Part shown: positions 61,724 to 64,000 of the stretch, in pieces | How positions within the stretch are numbered: position 1 is the stretch's first letter | How the letters are laid out: every line of letters starts with the position of its first letter | Made by a program: the position numbers and the translations under genes | Source: Dimorphilus gyrociliatus | Lineage: Eukaryota; Animalia; Annelida | DNA length: 64,000 nt | Assembly (NCBI GenBank): GCA_904063045.1 | Contig: CAJFCJ010000001.1 | Coordinates: 434,001 to 498,000 of the forward strand | Direction of reading: 5' to 3' | The notes under the pieces: generated by a model | Told to the model about the DNA's origin: nothing | Databases searched by the model: none | What the model saw: the letters and a program-made list of their open reading frames with translations, nothing else

Positions 61724-63419
61724 ATGATACTAGCAATGATGTTTCGGGCAACGTTGGTACTTTTTACTTTGGTCAATTTATCTTTCAGTCAAACTCCACT
61801 GAGTAAGTGTCGTTTATGTGTCTGTCAAAAAATACGATGAACATTTCCTTTAAAATTTAGAGAGGTACAATACCGATCCGAATCAAGTTAGTTATTCCGG
61901 TATTTCTGCGGGTGCTGCTATGGCCACCCAAATGCATGTTGCCTATTCGTCCGAGACTGTTGGTGTTGGTTTAATGGCGACTCGTAAGTTTTAATTAAAA
62001 TGAAAACAAAAAGCGCGTCTAGAAAAGTGTTTAATAAATGCTTTTCCAACTGTTTCAGCCGGTCCTTACTATTGCGCTGAAGGCAACTTATTCACCGCTT
62101 TAAACACTTGCATGGGATTCCCCAATGGAATCTATGTCGAGGATTGTATAACTGAAACTGAAAATTTCGCAAGAGAGGGTAGAATTGACCCCACCTCTAA
62201 TTTGAGAAATGATAAAGTTTTCATCCTTCACGGAAAGGAAGATCCTACCGTGGGAATTGGTAAAGACTTTTTTTTTATATCTGTCCTTGAACTAAAAAAA
62301 ACTTTTTGTTATCCTAAGATGCTGCTGCTAAAGTACGTCAGTATTATGAACATTACGGAGCTACAATTGCCGAAGAACTTAGTCTTTCTCTTGGACACGG
62401 TGTTCCAACCACAAATTATGGTATATCTTGCCCAGATACTTCATCACCCTACCTTAATAAGTGTAATTATGAGTACGTTTAGTCGCTCTTTGAGGAAAAT
62501 GAAGAAAAGATAATATTGTCTTTTTTTTATATTGTAGCGGTGCTTTCTCTCTTTTGAAGCATATTTATCCCGATATTATTAAACCATCAACTAACCATCA
62601 ACTCACTGGAAAACTACTTCGTTATGATCAAGAAGAATTTCAAAAAGATCCAAACGATCATAGCTTTGATGACGATGGTTTCGTGTATGTACCAGCTGCT
62701 TGTGAATTAGAAATGAACGATCTGTTTGCTCAAAATGAATGTGAAATTCCTGTTGGTGATCGTAAAAAATGCGGTTTCGATAGTATTACCGAAGAGCAAT
62801 GTATTGTCAATAGAGGTTGCTGCTGGCGTCCTGATGGTCCATTTAATTGTTTTGAAAAAGCAACTGCTGATAAATGTGCTGTAAGCGCTAATGATAGAGA
62901 GGAATGTGGATTTTCTGGAATCAATCAGACTATCTGCGAGAACGATAGGAATTGCTGTTGGAAAGAGGAGCAGCCTTATTATTGTTTTAGACCTAAGAGC
63001 GGAGGTCCTACTCCTGGAGGAAAATGTAAAGTTCATATGGTCTTTCACGGCTGTCTTCAAGGAAATGAAATGGTTGGCGAAGAATTTGTTCGAAATGCCG
63101 GATATAACGAAATTGCAGATGTTAACAACATTGTTGTTCTCTATCCAGAAGTTGTATCAAATGTCATGCTTGGAAACATGAACGGTTGCTATGACTGGTG
63201 GGGCTACGAGGATGAGAATTACGGTAATAACATAAGATAATTCTTACAAATATGATTTAATTACCAAAAGATATACATATATATATATATAAGTGACTTA
63301 TATTTATATTAATATATGCATATTTATATATTTCTATACATATATATACAGCGGTGAAAGACGGTGAGCAAATGTTGGCTGTATATAAAATGATTCAAAG
63401 AGTTTTGGGTCAAGATTAA
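61724..63419 (+). CDS. Secreted poly(3-hydroxybutyrate)/PHA depolymerase-like serine hydrolase with two inserted trefoil domains (436 aa)
   Basis: Exons 61724-61802, 61861-61983, 62059-62259, 62319-62472, 62538-63223 and 63352-63419 are phase-consistent. Signal peptide, GISAG (Ser), GPYYCA, HGKEDPTV (Asp), GHGVPT (His), GFVYVP, HMVFHGCLQ, GYNEIADVNNIVVLYP and NMNGCYDWWG match the fungal-type extracellular PHB depolymerase layout. Confidence 0.9.
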
Positions 63420-64000
63420 GAAGAAAGTACATTTTCATTTAAAAAAAAAAACACAAAAAAAATAAAAAACAGAAGAAGAAGAAGAAGAAGGAGGAGGAGG
63501 AGAAGGAGAAATAAATAAAGAAAAAAAAAAGCTGCACGATCAAATTATCTTTTATTAAAGAAACCTAACAAAAAAAAAAGTAAATATTGTTATACTACGC
63601 ATTTTGTTATAAATAAATTACTCTCTAATAAAATATTCTTTGGTATATAGAATCGAATGTTATGTAAACATATTCATTTATGTTACTATAAATATGTACA
63701 TTGTTTTATCGATTATGGGGAAAATTATCTTAATGTTACGAATTTTTTTCATAATTGAAAGTAGGAAGATTTCTATGATTAGTATGTAACTATTTACAGA
63801 AGAAATCGATAAAATATATACATATATATATATATGTATATATAAACAAATGTACGGCGTAAGGAGTAAGTTAATCAAAATGTCAAATATTTTTCATTAT
63901 AAGCAATTTGCGTAATTAATTACTTCACTATACTCGCGAGTATTGACGTATTGAATTAATGTAAATAATTCCAGTATTACTTGTCTAAAATGCCAATAAT

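Noticed and set aside
61724-63419. Recent horizontal transfer or contamination as the source of the PHA depolymerase
   Set aside because: Five canonical short spliceosomal introns, host-like composition and animal-type trefoil domains show it is an integrated host gene. Ancient transfer cannot be judged without a phylogeny.

Overview
AT-rich animal genomic DNA with short (mostly 50-80 nt) spliceosomal introns and high gene density, consistent with a compact lophotrochozoan genome. The miniature annelid Dimorphilus would fit, but that is inference only. I found no rRNA, tRNA, CRISPR array or intact transposon. About 20 protein-coding loci were assembled by hand: PRDM13 (5' end unresolved), a SUEL-lectin/CUB-like/sushi-like single-pass receptor, a small acidic secreted or GPI-type protein, Notum, alpha-tubulin, two tandem intronless RBR E3 ligases, three intronless class A GPCRs, a hidden 3-exon 8-Cys prepropeptide, an orphan ORF, Rab22/31, a dermatan-sulfate-epimerase-like gene nested in Rab intron 1, PPP1R2, BBS5, a CD39-type NTPDase with an N-terminal ubiquitin-like domain, POLR1E/RPA49, ARID5 and a secreted PHB/PHA-depolymerase-like enzyme. 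Most notable: (1) the PHA depolymerase has an intact catalytic triad and two trefoil (P-type) domains inserted inside its catalytic domain; (2) the DSE-like protein appears to lack its catalytic residues, sits on the same strand inside the Rab22 intron, and could share the Rab first exon in frame; (3) the insulin-like 8-Cys prepropeptide is absent from the ORF track; (4) the UBL-NTPDase fusion; (5) repeated TA-C(A/T)G-TA interruptions of (TA)n tracts that resemble Tc1/mariner excision footprints. All homology calls come from recalled motifs, not database searches.
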